This document shows positions 36,808 through 46,878 of a DNA stretch of 64,000 nucleotides, in pieces; position 1 is the stretch's first letter, and the number at the start of each line of letters is the position of its first letter. The stretch comes from Fibrobacter succinogenes (GTDB lineage: Bacteria; Fibrobacterota; Fibrobacteria; Fibrobacterales; Fibrobacteraceae), in contig CADCGB010000017.1 in assembly GCA_902800815.1 (NCBI GenBank), positions 46,520-110,519 of the forward strand, written 5' to 3'. Made by a program: the position numbers and the translations under genes. The notes beneath the pieces are model-generated. The model had not been told where the DNA came from and searched no databases. It saw only the letters and a list, made by a program, of their open reading frames with translations.

Positions 36808-38391
36808 ATGACGCCTTTCAAATCATTCCTCAGCATTTTAAGCCTGTTCGTCGTGCTCGGCCTCATGGCATGGCTCTACCCGGCAAGCGGCATCACCATT
36901 GCAGACACTACATTCAGGTTCCCGGCCCTCACGGACATCTTCGAGAAAGAGGACCCCAATGCCGTCGCCGAAGACGACAACGCCGAGACCGACCCGCAGA
37001 AGGCTATCGAGGAAATGATGGCGGCCACGCAGGCGAAGGAACTCGCCGCGTTCTCCGACTCGCTGAACTTCTACGAGGACTTCTTCAAGAACGGGCGCAA
37101 CAGGTTCGACCTGCCGAACAACGACCCCACATGGTTTGACCGTCTGTTCCTGCACCTGGAACTCGCCAAGATGGATTCGAACATCGTGCATATTATGCAC
37201 TACGGCGACTCGCAGCTCGAGGAAGACCGCATATCGTCCACCATCCGCGAAGACCTGCAGAAGGAATTCGGCGGTGGCGGCCCGGGCATGCTCCCCGCAG
37301 TGCTGAACATCCCGTCGCAGACAACGAGCGTGTGGAACAATGGCGACCTCACCCGCTTCATCATGTTCGGTACCGAAGAGGACCGCGCCGACCACAACCG
37401 CTACGGCCCGCTCGCGCAGGTGAGCAAGTTGCAGGGTAGCGCCGTCATCGGCATCAAGAAGCGCGAAGACAAGGATGACAAGTTCACGCACGTGGGCGGC
37501 TACGGCACCATCAAGGTTCTCGCCAGCAGGCGCGGCAACCTGAAGGTTCGCCTCGCCTACGAAGCCACCGTCATCGAAAACGAAGGCACCGACAAGGAAA
37601 AGCGCAAGAAGAAATTCGTGGACGCCCCCGCCCCCACGGACGAAAAGTTCAACAAGCTCCGCGTGTTCACGTGGAAACTCCCCGACACCACGTCTAACGC
37701 GAAGGTGTACCTCTCCGGCAACGCAGAAATCTACTCCGTCTCTGTCGACGGCCCCTACGGTGTCGCAGTCGATAACGTCGCCATGCGCGGCAGTTCGGGC
37801 ACGGTATTCAGCCGCATGGACAAGGAACTCCTCGCCGAATCGTTCAAGGCGATGAACGCCCGCCTTATCATCATGGAATACGGCGGAAACCTGGTCCCGA
37901 GCATCAACAAGAGCAACATCGAGTACAACAAGAACCTCATCGCAAAGCAGATCCAGACCATCCAGAATGCAAACCCCGATGCGGACATCCTGTTCATCGG
38001 CCCCGCCGACATGGCACGCCAGATAGACGGCAAGATGAAGAGCTACCCCGGCCTGTTGCCCACCATCGAGTTCCTCCGCGAAGTCGCCCTCGAGAACGGC
38101 GCCGCCTACTGGGACATGTACCGCGTGATGGGTGGCGAAGGTTCCATGCGCAAGTGGGTCAAGCAGTCCCCGCCGCTCGCCGGAGCAGACTACATCCACT
38201 TCAGCCGCAGGGGTGCCGCCTACATGGGCGAACTCTTCGTCAACGCGCTGCGCATGCATTACGACTACTTCAAGTTCCGCGACAAGCACAAGATCGACGA
38301 CGCGAAGCTGAAGGATATCCAGAAGCTCAAGAAGCCCGCAGAACAGGCTCCGACTGCAGAAACTGCACCACAGGCGGAGGCCGCGCAATGA
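36808..38391 (+). CDS. SGNH/GDSL-family periplasmic O-acetyltransferase/esterase 1
   Basis: N-terminal TM helix; HYGDSQLE, DNVAMRGSSG, EYGGN, DYIHFS. Confidence 0.85.
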   Translation: MTPFKSFLSILSLFVVLGLMAWLYPASGITIADTTFRFPALTDIFEKEDPNAVAEDDNAETDPQKAIEEMMAATQAKELAAFSDSLNFYEDFFKNGRNRFDLPNNDPTWFDRLFLHLELAKMDSNIVHIMHYGDSQLEEDRISSTIREDLQKEFGGGGPGMLPAVLNIPSQTTSVWNNGDLTRFIMFGTEEDRADHNRYGPLAQVSKLQGSAVIGIKKREDKDDKFTHVGGYGTIKVLASRRGNLKVRLAYEATVIENEGTDKEKRKKKFVDAPAPTDEKFNKLRVFTWKLPDTTSNAKVYLSGNAEIYSVSVDGPYGVAVDNVAMRGSSGTVFSRMDKELLAESFKAMNARLIIMEYGGNLVPSINKSNIEYNKNLIAKQIQTIQNANPDADILFIGPADMARQIDGKMKSYPGLLPTIEFLREVALENGAAYWDMYRVMGGEGSMRKWVKQSPPLAGADYIHFSRRGAAYMGELFVNALRMHYDYFKFRDKHKIDDAKLKDIQKLKKPAEQAPTAETAPQAEAAQ

Positions 38392-40124
38392 AAGGACTTT
38401 CGCGCATACTCGGCATCCTGACGTTCGCCATCTCGGCAACTGCGCTTTTCGCAGCACCTCCGGTCTCTACGCCCGCAGGCTACATCGTTGACTTCACCAA
38501 ATACGACTTCATCGATTCTACGCTCAACATCATACAGTTCCCGAGCGGCAAGGAATCGTTCGAGCCGTTCTTCCAGAAGATGGACTCGCTCGTGTTCGAG
38601 AACAAGGGCAAGGTCAACATCCTGCACATCGGCGGTTCGCACATCCAGGCCGACGTCGTATCGGGCCGTATCCGCGAGCACCTCGTGAAAGAATACCCGG
38701 GTGCCTCTGCAGGCCGCGGGTTCGTTTTCCCGTATTCTGCCGCCCGCACCAACACGCCCTCCAGCTACGGCTCGCAGTACAAGGGCATCTGGGACATGAG
38801 CAAGAACGTGCTCCGCGAAGTCAAGAAACCGCTCGGGCTCCTCGGGATTGCCGTCAGCACGTCTGACCCGCGCGCCGAATTCACGCTCCTGCTCGACAAG
38901 TACAACTCCGCTCCGGTCTACGCCGAGACAAAGTTCCGCCTCTTCGGGTACAGCGACAGCAACAACGTCGTCCCCGTACTCGTGGTCGATTCGGTGGATA
39001 TCAAGGGTGTACGCGATTCCGCCACGCAGAGCTACGTGTTCAAGAGCCCCCGCCCGATAGACACGCTCCATTTTGCCTTCCGCTGGTCCGACGCCTCCCT
39101 CCAGGCAAAGGTCGCGCAGTACCTCGTCGATTCGCTTGTACAAGATTCCATCTACCGTGCAAGCCTAGACACGCTTAACGCAGATTCTACCGCTGACAGC
39201 ACCGCGAAGAAGAACGCGCTTCCCGAGAATCAGGAAGCCTCCGCGGATTCCATGTTCCAGGGCAACTGCGACATCATGGACACGACCTGCCTCGAGAAGG
39301 AAGAGCCCAAAAACGACCTGCTCGCCGCATGCCGCGTCTTCCTGGATTCCACCAAGCAGGCCGACTCCACGGCCACGCGTGACACCGCCGCCCGCGATTC
39401 CTCGCTCGCAAGCGATTCCACCCGCACTGCGGATTCTACCGTCATCGCAGACACATTGCAGAAGGCAATCTGCGATTCGCTCATCGCGCTATCCGAAACA
39501 CTCTCCTTCACGCGCCCGCGCTTCACCATGACAGGCGTCATCTCGGAATCCGACTACCCGGGCATCGTCTACACGAACGTGGGCATCAACGGAGCACGCA
39601 TCGCGCACTACTTCGAGGAAACCTGCCCGCTTTTCGAGAAGGAACTCGCCTTCCTCAAGCCCGACCTCGTGATATTTGCAATAGGCATCAACGACGCGAA
39701 CGTCGAGAAATTCGACGACAAGACCTTCCGCAACAACTACGACATCCTCATCGAGCGCATACGGCGCGTGAACCCGAATGTCGCGTTTATTTTCGAGACA
39801 AACAACGACATGTACCGCAAGGTGCGCAAGCGCCGCTACGTGCAGCACCCCGTAGGCGAACAGGCCCGCAAGGCGTTCTTCTCGCTTGCCGAAAAGCACA
39901 AGGCCGGCGTGTGGGACAAGTTCTCCCTGATGGGTGGCCTCGGTTCCATGGCCAAGTGGGAAAAGGCAAGCCTCGCGAAAAAGGACAAGATTCATTTCAA
40001 CATGGCGGGCTACCACCTGCTCGGTGACATGTTCTACAAGGCACTCATCGATGCCTACCAGGAACACATCGCGAACCTCCCTGCCCTCGAACCGACTCCG
40101 AAGAAGGATGTAAAAACAAAATGA
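38388..40124 (+). CDS. SGNH/GDSL-family periplasmic O-acetyltransferase/esterase 2
   Basis: ATG 38388 overlaps the previous stop; HIGGSHIQAD, NVGINGA, AIGINDA, DKIHFN; long low-complexity D/S/T/A insert. Confidence 0.85.
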   Translation: MKGLSRILGILTFAISATALFAAPPVSTPAGYIVDFTKYDFIDSTLNIIQFPSGKESFEPFFQKMDSLVFENKGKVNILHIGGSHIQADVVSGRIREHLVKEYPGASAGRGFVFPYSAARTNTPSSYGSQYKGIWDMSKNVLREVKKPLGLLGIAVSTSDPRAEFTLLLDKYNSAPVYAETKFRLFGYSDSNNVVPVLVVDSVDIKGVRDSATQSYVFKSPRPIDTLHFAFRWSDASLQAKVAQYLVDSLVQDSIYRASLDTLNADSTADSTAKKNALPENQEASADSMFQGNCDIMDTTCLEKEEPKNDLLAACRVFLDSTKQADSTATRDTAARDSSLASDSTRTADSTVIADTLQKAICDSLIALSETLSFTRPRFTMTGVISESDYPGIVYTNVGINGARIAHYFEETCPLFEKELAFLKPDLVIFAIGINDANVEKFDDKTFRNNYDILIERIRRVNPNVAFIFETNNDMYRKVRKRRYVQHPVGEQARKAFFSLAEKHKAGVWDKFSLMGGLGSMAKWEKASLAKKDKIHFNMAGYHLLGDMFYKALIDAYQEHIANLPALEPTPKKDVKTK

Positions 40125-40127
40125 CAG

Positions 40128-40505
40128 TGTCATCCTGAGCGTAGCAACGCCAGTTGCGAAGTCGAAGGATCTAAAAAAAAATGCCAAATAGTTACTACAC
40201 ATACATAATGTCAAATCAGACAAACACTACAATTTATGTAGGTGTAACAAATAATATTGAACGTCGTGCTTTAGAACATATGAGTGGTAGCGGAGCGTCG
40301 TTTACCGCTAGATATAAAATCAACAAACTTGTTTATTTTGAAAGATATACTGAAATTAATGATGCAATACAAAGAGAAAAACAACTAAAAGGTTGGAAAA
40401 GAGAAAAGAAAAACAACTTAATAAATCAAATGAATCCCCAATGGAATGATTTGATGAAAGATTAGATCCTTCGACTACGGGCTACGCCCTTCGCTCAGGA
40501 TGACA
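40128..40505. mobile_element. GIY-YIG cassette bounded by inverted REP-like ends
   Basis: Left end 40128-40173 tgtcatcctgagcg...agtcgaaggatcta; right end 40463-40505 is the inverted equivalent; the interior is much more AT-rich than the flanks. Confidence 0.7.
40181..40465 (+). CDS. Stand-alone GIY-YIG nuclease family protein
   Basis: YYTYIMSN...IYVGVTNNIERRALEH, LVYFE, AIQREKQLKGWKR. Confidence 0.92.
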   Translation: MPNSYYTYIMSNQTNTTIYVGVTNNIERRALEHMSGSGASFTARYKINKLVYFERYTEINDAIQREKQLKGWKREKKNNLINQMNPQWNDLMKD

Positions 40506-40506
40506 T

Positions 40507-42357
40507 ATGCTTGACTACATAATACCTTACCTCACACGCACGTTTGCATTCGACCAGAATAGCCCGCTACTCTTTACGCAGTTCTACTTCTGGGGTTTCT
40601 TCGCGGTCGTATTCGCCGTTTTCTCGCTCGTCCACAGGAAGCTCTTGCTCCGTAACGCATTCCTGTTTGCGACAAGCCTCTTCTTCTACTACAAGACAAG
40701 CGGCAGCTACGTCTGCATTCTCCTCTTCTGCGTGGTCGCGAACTTCTTTATAGGCAAGTGGATCGAGAAGGCCCAGGCGCAGTGGAAAAAGAAATTCCTG
40801 ATGATTATCGTCGTCATCATCGACCTGCTCGTCCTCTGCTACTACAAGTATTCCTACTTCTTCCTCGACGCCCTCTACGACTTTACCGGCATCGAGTTGC
40901 ATGTATACAACTTCTTTGCCGCCGCAAGCAACAAGATGTTCGGCACGCACTCGCTCGTCGATACCATCATATTGCCCGTGGGCATCTCGTTCTTCACGTT
41001 CCAGGCGATGAGCTACTGCATCGATATCTACCGCGGCAAGATCAAGCCCGTAACGAACATCCTCAACTTCGGTTTCTACCTCTCGTTCTTCCCGCAGCTC
41101 GTCGCGGGCCCCATCGTGCGCGCCGACAAATTCGTCCCACAACTCTACAAAAAATACTTCCTCCCGCGCCGCACCTTCGGTATCGCCGTATTCTGGATTT
41201 TGAACGGCCTCGGCAAGAAGATTATCCTAAGCGACTACCTCGCGACAAACTTCGTGGACCGTGTGTTCGACCAGCCTCTGCTCTATACGGGCCTCGAGAA
41301 CCTCATCGCGCTCTTCGCCTACTCCCTGCAGGTCTACGCCGACTTCTCGGGCTATACCGACATCGCCATCGGCGTTGCTCTCCTCATGGGCTTCCGCCTG
41401 CCGCAGAACTTCAATAGCCCCTACAAGGCGCTCTCCCCCACCGAATTCTGGCGCCGTTGGCACATCTCGCTTTCTAGCTGGTGGCGCGACTACCTGTACA
41501 TCCCGCTTGGCGGCAACCGCAACGCGACTCTCGGCACGTTCTTCTGGATGGGTTTCCTGAGCCTTGTGGCCATCATGCTTTCGGGCAGCGTGTGGGTAGC
41601 CGTCGCCCTCATCGCGCTGTTCCTCTACATTTCCATTTACGCGTATTTCAAGCCCGATTCCCGCAAGTTCATCACCACCAACATGAACGCCATGGCCACG
41701 CAAATCGTAGGCGGCTGGTGGCACGGTGCCAGCTGGAACTTCATCATCTGGGGCGGCCTCAACGGCTTTGGCCAGGTGTTCAACAAGATCTGGTGCAAGC
41801 GTAGCCTCACCTTCCGCGCGAGCGCCGCATTCATCTTGTTCGCCGCGAGTGCCATCATCTTCAAGAACTACCACATCGCCATCTTCGCGATTACAGCCGT
41901 CTATTTCGGCGTGCTGTTCTTCGGCATCTACTCCGTGCTCATCTTCCGCCTGTTCAGCCAGAAGACTTACCACAGGCTCTATGTGGCATGGAACGTGACG
42001 CTCACCTTCGTGTTCATCACCTTCACGCGACTCTTCTTCCGCGCAGGCTCGAACCTCGACCCCGCTGAAGCGAACGAAGTCGCCTGGAACACCGCGAAGA
42101 ACATGGTGCAACAGATGGGCACCGCCTGGAAGTGGGATACCCTCGGCACCATCGCCTGGCAGCACATCAACATCATCCTCGTGTTTATCGCGGGCATGCT
42201 CATCCACTGGGTCCCCAAAAAGTGGAAGAGCCGCTACCGCATCGCGTTCGCATCGCAGCCCATTCCGCTGATGGTGCTTTCTACGGCATTCATCATCTTC
42301 ATCATCTACCAGTTCATGAGCGCGGACAGCTGCCCGTTCATCTATTTCCAGTTCTAG
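40507..42357 (+). CDS. MBOAT family O-acyltransferase (AlgI/PatA/DltB-like)
   Basis: LPVGISFFTFQ, SFFPQLVAGPIVRA, YADFSGYTDIAIG, NFNSPY, FWRRWHISLSSW, GWWHGASWNFIIWG. Confidence 0.93.
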   Translation: MLDYIIPYLTRTFAFDQNSPLLFTQFYFWGFFAVVFAVFSLVHRKLLLRNAFLFATSLFFYYKTSGSYVCILLFCVVANFFIGKWIEKAQAQWKKKFLMIIVVIIDLLVLCYYKYSYFFLDALYDFTGIELHVYNFFAAASNKMFGTHSLVDTIILPVGISFFTFQAMSYCIDIYRGKIKPVTNILNFGFYLSFFPQLVAGPIVRADKFVPQLYKKYFLPRRTFGIAVFWILNGLGKKIILSDYLATNFVDRVFDQPLLYTGLENLIALFAYSLQVYADFSGYTDIAIGVALLMGFRLPQNFNSPYKALSPTEFWRRWHISLSSWWRDYLYIPLGGNRNATLGTFFWMGFLSLVAIMLSGSVWVAVALIALFLYISIYAYFKPDSRKFITTNMNAMATQIVGGWWHGASWNFIIWGGLNGFGQVFNKIWCKRSLTFRASAAFILFAASAIIFKNYHIAIFAITAVYFGVLFFGIYSVLIFRLFSQKTYHRLYVAWNVTLTFVFITFTRLFFRAGSNLDPAEANEVAWNTAKNMVQQMGTAWKWDTLGTIAWQHINIILVFIAGMLIHWVPKKWKSRYRIAFASQPIPLMVLSTAFIIFIIYQFMSADSCPFIYFQF

Positions 42358-42383
42358 TCTAAGCGAAAATTTTCGGGTGCGGC

Positions 42384-43805
42384 ATGGATAGTGTCATTGC
42401 GAGCGAAAAACGGCTCAAGAGGCAGGTCATCGGAAAGCCTCACCGCTTCTTAGCTATCACCCCGCTCGGTTTTGAACAAACTCTCGCACGAGAAATTGAA
42501 TTTTGCAACCCGCAAGTCGTTGGCGATGGCAAGGTCGAATTCACCGCAAAGATTACCGACGCCTGGAAGGCCGTCGCATACACGCGTGTCGCGAACCGCA
42601 TCCTGATGCACATCGCCGACTTCAGGGCCGAAAACTTCCGCGACCTCGAGAAAAAGGCAGCCGAAATCCCGTGGGAACTGTACCTAGACAACGGCGGACA
42701 GGCGAGCATCCAAATCCACGTCACCTGCAAGCACTCGCGCCTGTACCACAGCGACGCCGTCGCAGAACGTTTGCAGAAAGTGATTGAAGGGGGAAGCGTC
42801 CCCCTCGCTCCTGCCGACACGGCATCCGCTACCCCCTCTGCGGGGACACCCCGCAACGCCCCGCAGAACCTCTTTGTAACGCTTATCGATGACCGTTGCA
42901 CCCTCTGGCTCGACCTCGCCGGCGAAGAGCTGTACAAGCGCGGGCACGAGCGGTTCGTGAACGATGCCCCCCTCAAGGAGACAATTGCCGCCGGCATGAT
43001 TCTCGAGGTTTCCGCGCTCGTCGCCGCACCAATCGCCATCATTGACCCAATGGCAGGGAGCGGCACGTTCAGTCTCGAAGCCGCATACATGGCAAACGAG
43101 CTCATCCCCGGCAAGTGCCGCGACTTCGCGCTCAAGCACCAGCCCGCATTCAAGCCCGCCACCTGGAACCACATCGTTAATTCGGGAAGTCATCCTGGAC
43201 GCGAAGCGGCCGGGCGGACAGCACTTAGCAACTTGTTGCTTAGTGCGCATGGCCACCAAGGTGGGACCCATACCATCGCGAACATTCTCACCAGCGACAT
43301 CTCGGAACGCGCCATAGGCATCATCCGCCACAACGTAGAGTGCAGTCCCCTCGCGCAGTCATTACCCGAAACAAACAAGAGCACACAACCAGCGACAAGC
43401 ATCACTCCGCAACTTCGCGACTTCTTCACCTACACCGCAAAAGAAATCGCCGACGCATGCCACGCCCCGAGTGCATCGGGCGGACACGACATAAACATTT
43501 CTGAACCCGTAATCGTGCTGAACCCGCCCTACGGCAAGCGCCTCGACTTCGACGCTCCGAAACTCTACACCAAAATTGGCAAAAAAATCGCAGAACTCGC
43601 CCACGATTTGGCCCCGTTCAGCATGCCCCTCACCATCGCAATCCTCGCCCCCAAGGACGATTCCCGACCCGGCAGCAAGTTCACATGTACCGCAAACCTC
43701 TTGCGCGAATGCCCGGCCCTAGACCCCGCCAAAAACGCCTCCGCAAAAATCATCGAGACAAGCCACGGCGGCCTCAGCCTGAATGCCCTTTTTGTCAAGA
43801 TTTAG
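42384..43805 (+). CDS. THUMP-domain RNA methyltransferase (RlmL/UPF0020 family) with low-complexity insertions
   Basis: LDLAGEELYKRG, APLKETIAAGM, DPMAGSGTF, NPPYGKRL. Confidence 0.88.
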   Translation: MDSVIASEKRLKRQVIGKPHRFLAITPLGFEQTLAREIEFCNPQVVGDGKVEFTAKITDAWKAVAYTRVANRILMHIADFRAENFRDLEKKAAEIPWELYLDNGGQASIQIHVTCKHSRLYHSDAVAERLQKVIEGGSVPLAPADTASATPSAGTPRNAPQNLFVTLIDDRCTLWLDLAGEELYKRGHERFVNDAPLKETIAAGMILEVSALVAAPIAIIDPMAGSGTFSLEAAYMANELIPGKCRDFALKHQPAFKPATWNHIVNSGSHPGREAAGRTALSNLLLSAHGHQGGTHTIANILTSDISERAIGIIRHNVECSPLAQSLPETNKSTQPATSITPQLRDFFTYTAKEIADACHAPSASGGHDINISEPVIVLNPPYGKRLDFDAPKLYTKIGKKIAELAHDLAPFSMPLTIAILAPKDDSRPGSKFTCTANLLRECPALDPAKNASAKIIETSHGGLSLNALFVKI

Positions 43806-43983
43806 GCCATTTTCCGATACAAAAATTCCCGCAAATGTTACAAAAAGCGTTCACCACCTAATCAAGGAACACTTGGAGAACACTTTATCTTGATAAGCGT
43901 CACCCTAACCTTTTTTTTACATCCTAAATGAGCAACATAAATATATTTTTTGCGAGAATGTTTGGGCCAATAACGAGGTAAAA

Positions 43984-45612
43984 ATGAAAATTCCTTTCTT
44001 TAAGCCATTACTTGTTGCAGGCGCACTGGTGATCGCCTGGAACTGCTCTGATGAAGCAGCAATTACTGTCCCCACCACTCCGCAGGGTGCCGAACAGTTT
44101 GCCGCTGTCACTACCCCTAGCTGGATTTTCAACGGCGACCAGACCTACATCATCACGCCGACCGAAGCAGGGTTCTTCGTTGCAGACAAGGCGGGCAACC
44201 CCGTCGGCACATACGATCCGGCATTGGGCATCGTTTACGATGGCGCACTCACACCCATTGCGACCATCCCGGACCTCTCGCAGCTCCCGGTACTTACCCC
44301 GGACCAGACGATTATCAACCCCGATGGCACGATTACGGACCTGGCAGGCAACCCCATCGTCCAGCCCGTTGACCCGGTCCCGGGTGGCGAAGTCGTCGAA
44401 GACCCGAATCCGGTCACCCCGGACCCGGTAATTACCAGTTCGGATACTCCGGTCATCCCGGAATCTTCCGCAACAACCAACCCCGAGGAGCCAAAGCCCA
44501 CCTCGTCTGCCACTCCTGAACAGCCGAAGTCTTCCTCCTCTGCCAAGCAGGAGCAGCCGAAGTCTTCCGCGACACCCGCCAACACAAATTGTGACGGCCA
44601 GTGCCTCGATGCACCGTCGGGCACATGCGTCGCCTACTACCAGAGCCTTAAGGGCCCCCACCAGGAACAGTACGCCTACGACAAGACCTGCAACATCAAC
44701 TGCTACTACGACCCGAACAACAAAAATTGCCAGGATATGGGAGCGGGAACGGCTCAACCTTCGAGCAGCACCACCCAGCCCAAGTCCTCGAGCAGCGCAA
44801 AGTCTAGTTCCTCTGCAAAATCCTCGAGCAGTGCAAAGTCTAGCTCCAGCGTTGCACCCAAGTCTTCCAGCAGCTCGCAGCAGCCGTTGACCGGCGGATG
44901 CCCGAACATCGTTGTCAAGAACGGCGGCAAAACCGGATCCGGCTGGGCCACCCGTTACTGGGACTGCTGCAAGCCCCACTGCTCTGTGCAAAACAATACC
45001 TCTTACCATTCCAAGCAGTGCACCAACAAGGGTACAACCGAAAGCACCGACTGGGGCGCAGGGAGCGTCTGCGCAGGCGGTTCGATGATGGCCTGCACAA
45101 GCCAGATTCCATTCACCATTGACGGCTGTTCCGACATGGGCTTCGCATTCGCCGCTGTACCGGCAAGTGACGGCGGTTCCTGCGGCAAGTGCTACCAGCT
45201 CACGTTTACCGGCGAAGGCCACTACAACTCCACTAACGCCAACACCAAGGCAATCAAGGGCAAGAAGCTCATCATCATGACAACGAACATCGGCGGTGAC
45301 GTGTCGCAGGGCCAGTTCGATATCATGATCCCGGGCGGTGGCGTTGGCATATTCAACGGCTGTTCCAGCATGGGCTGGGGCGCACAGGGCCAGCAGTACG
45401 GGGGCCTCCTCTCCGACTGTGAAACCGAAAGTAACTACAATGCAGGCACCTATGTCAGTTGCCTTACCGAAAAGTGCAACAAGGCGTTCAGCAACGACAG
45501 CAAGGCCAAGCAAGGTTGCATGTTCCTCGTTGAATACCTGCATGCCGCAGGCAACCCTGAGCACAACTACGTTGAAGTGGAATGCCCGCAGGTGCTGAAA
45601 GACAGATACTAA
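43984..45612 (+). CDS. GH45 endoglucanase, lipoprotein-anchored, with long P/S/T linker
   Basis: Lipobox AWNC; ATRYWDCCKPHCS, CGKCYQLTF, GQFDIMIPGGGVG; AKSSSS repeats. Confidence 0.93.
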   Translation: MKIPFFKPLLVAGALVIAWNCSDEAAITVPTTPQGAEQFAAVTTPSWIFNGDQTYIITPTEAGFFVADKAGNPVGTYDPALGIVYDGALTPIATIPDLSQLPVLTPDQTIINPDGTITDLAGNPIVQPVDPVPGGEVVEDPNPVTPDPVITSSDTPVIPESSATTNPEEPKPTSSATPEQPKSSSSAKQEQPKSSATPANTNCDGQCLDAPSGTCVAYYQSLKGPHQEQYAYDKTCNINCYYDPNNKNCQDMGAGTAQPSSSTTQPKSSSSAKSSSSAKSSSSAKSSSSVAPKSSSSSQQPLTGGCPNIVVKNGGKTGSGWATRYWDCCKPHCSVQNNTSYHSKQCTNKGTTESTDWGAGSVCAGGSMMACTSQIPFTIDGCSDMGFAFAAVPASDGGSCGKCYQLTFTGEGHYNSTNANTKAIKGKKLIIMTTNIGGDVSQGQFDIMIPGGGVGIFNGCSSMGWGAQGQQYGGLLSDCETESNYNAGTYVSCLTEKCNKAFSNDSKAKQGCMFLVEYLHAAGNPEHNYVEVECPQVLKDRY

Positions 45613-45631
45613 TCTAAAGAAATCGATCTTG

Positions 45632-45664
45632 AAAATCCCCGGCTCGACCGGGGATTTCCTTTTT
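45632..45664. terminator. Rho-independent terminator between convergent genes
   Basis: aaatccccgg-ctcga-ccggggattt followed by a T tract. Confidence 0.8.
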
Positions 45665-45699
45665 GCAAAGATACCCCGGCACTCGCCGAGGTATTTTTT

Positions 45700-46878
45700 T
45701 TAGAATAAATCACGTATAGAGAGTTTCCGCAGTTTAATGCGGATGGGAAGCGAACGCCAAAAATGCTTCCAGTATGCGACCTCCGCCCAGAACACGTCCA
45801 TCGGCGAGAACGGGCTGAACCTGATAGCACGCCAGCGCCTGCCGAACCAGCGCGTAACGAAAGACCTGTACTCGACCTTGTAATAGAATCCGAAGTTTCC
45901 GCCCTCAAGGATTACCCCGAGCATCCACTTGCCATAGCGTTCATTGGGTTCGCAGAGCATGCGATCGCGTTCGAGCCCGTAAATATGCCCCAGCACCCAC
46001 ATCAGCGCCTTGGTCACACGTAGCAAGCCAAAACTACGGAGATTCTTCGCAATCTCTAGCCGTTCACTATCGCTCGCCTGCTGCAAAAGCACGTAATAGT
46101 CAGTTATCTGCTTCAGGCCGATACCGCCTGCCATAAAGTGCGTCTGGATATGCGCCAACTGCATCGCAAGCGCAAACCTGAGCGAGGGAACGTAGAAGCC
46201 CTCCGGCACAAGTTCAAGGTTCTCGATCTCGGCATCGAGAAAGCGCATTATTCGTTTGTCTGTAAATGGGTTACGGTTCCCTGAAGATACCAGGAAATGC
46301 GCCTCGACACACACCTTTGCGGCAGAATGAACTACGTGAACATGATGCTTCGACACGCAGAGTTTCCTGCGGGCCTCGGCATAAAGCTCCTCGCGGGTCT
46401 TCTTGTGGCCGGGTACCGCAGGAGCGTCCTTTTCCAGCAAGTCCATGCTGTCCAGGAGTCCCACGACAGCATCGCGCCCGCCACTGATCCAGATGTCGAT
46501 ATCCCCGCACTGTCGCATAAACTTGTCCGGGTACAGGCGCGCGTTTGCCGCACCCTTCAGGATGGCAGTCCGCCTCCCCTGGCCCGCAAAAAGTTCCGTG
46601 AGCCGCTTGGCCTCGTCGTTCACCATACGGTTATGCCCGCGGATAGCCTCCGCCTCGCTCGCCCACTGGAAGGCCAGGTCCAACGGCGGCCGCCGGTCCT
46701 TCGGGAGTTTGCAAATACCCGCATAGGCAATGCCAACAACAGCAAGCTTGGACGCCAAGGAATACAAAAGAGACCACTCTTCAGCGGTCTCTACGTTGAA
46801 ATTTGCAAACTCATCCTTACCCGCACCGAATGCGAGCCGAATGAGAGTAAAGAGATTACGTTCAGACAGAATACTCAC
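45700..46878 (-). CDS. Nucleotidyltransferase family protein (NTP_transf_5-like)
   Basis: ILKGAANARLYP...RQCGDIDIW, CVEAHF, HFMAGGIGLKQITDY; GTG start overlaps the TAG of the upstream peptide. Confidence 0.85.
   Translation of the reverse strand: MSILSERNLFTLIRLAFGAGKDEFANFNVETAEEWSLLYSLASKLAVVGIAYAGICKLPKDRRPPLDLAFQWASEAEAIRGHNRMVNDEAKRLTELFAGQGRRTAILKGAANARLYPDKFMRQCGDIDIWISGGRDAVVGLLDSMDLLEKDAPAVPGHKKTREELYAEARRKLCVSKHHVHVVHSAAKVCVEAHFLVSSGNRNPFTDKRIMRFLDAEIENLELVPEGFYVPSLRFALAMQLAHIQTHFMAGGIGLKQITDYYVLLQQASDSERLEIAKNLRSFGLLRVTKALMWVLGHIYGLERDRMLCEPNERYGKWMLGVILEGGNFGFYYKVEYRSFVTRWFGRRWRAIRFSPFSPMDVFWAEVAYWKHFWRSLPIRIKLRKLSIRDLF

Noticed and set aside
36838-38457. Long antisense ORFs (also 12260-13765, 19842-21272, 24970-26649, 28172-29761, 44008-45564, 53219-54868)
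   Set aside because: Shadow frames opposite clearly recognisable genes, caused by GC-rich third positions
42388-42405. GTCATTGCGAGCGAA REP-like fragment at the THUMP gene start
   Set aside because: Too short, lacks a partner arm, and reads as plausible native N-terminal codons
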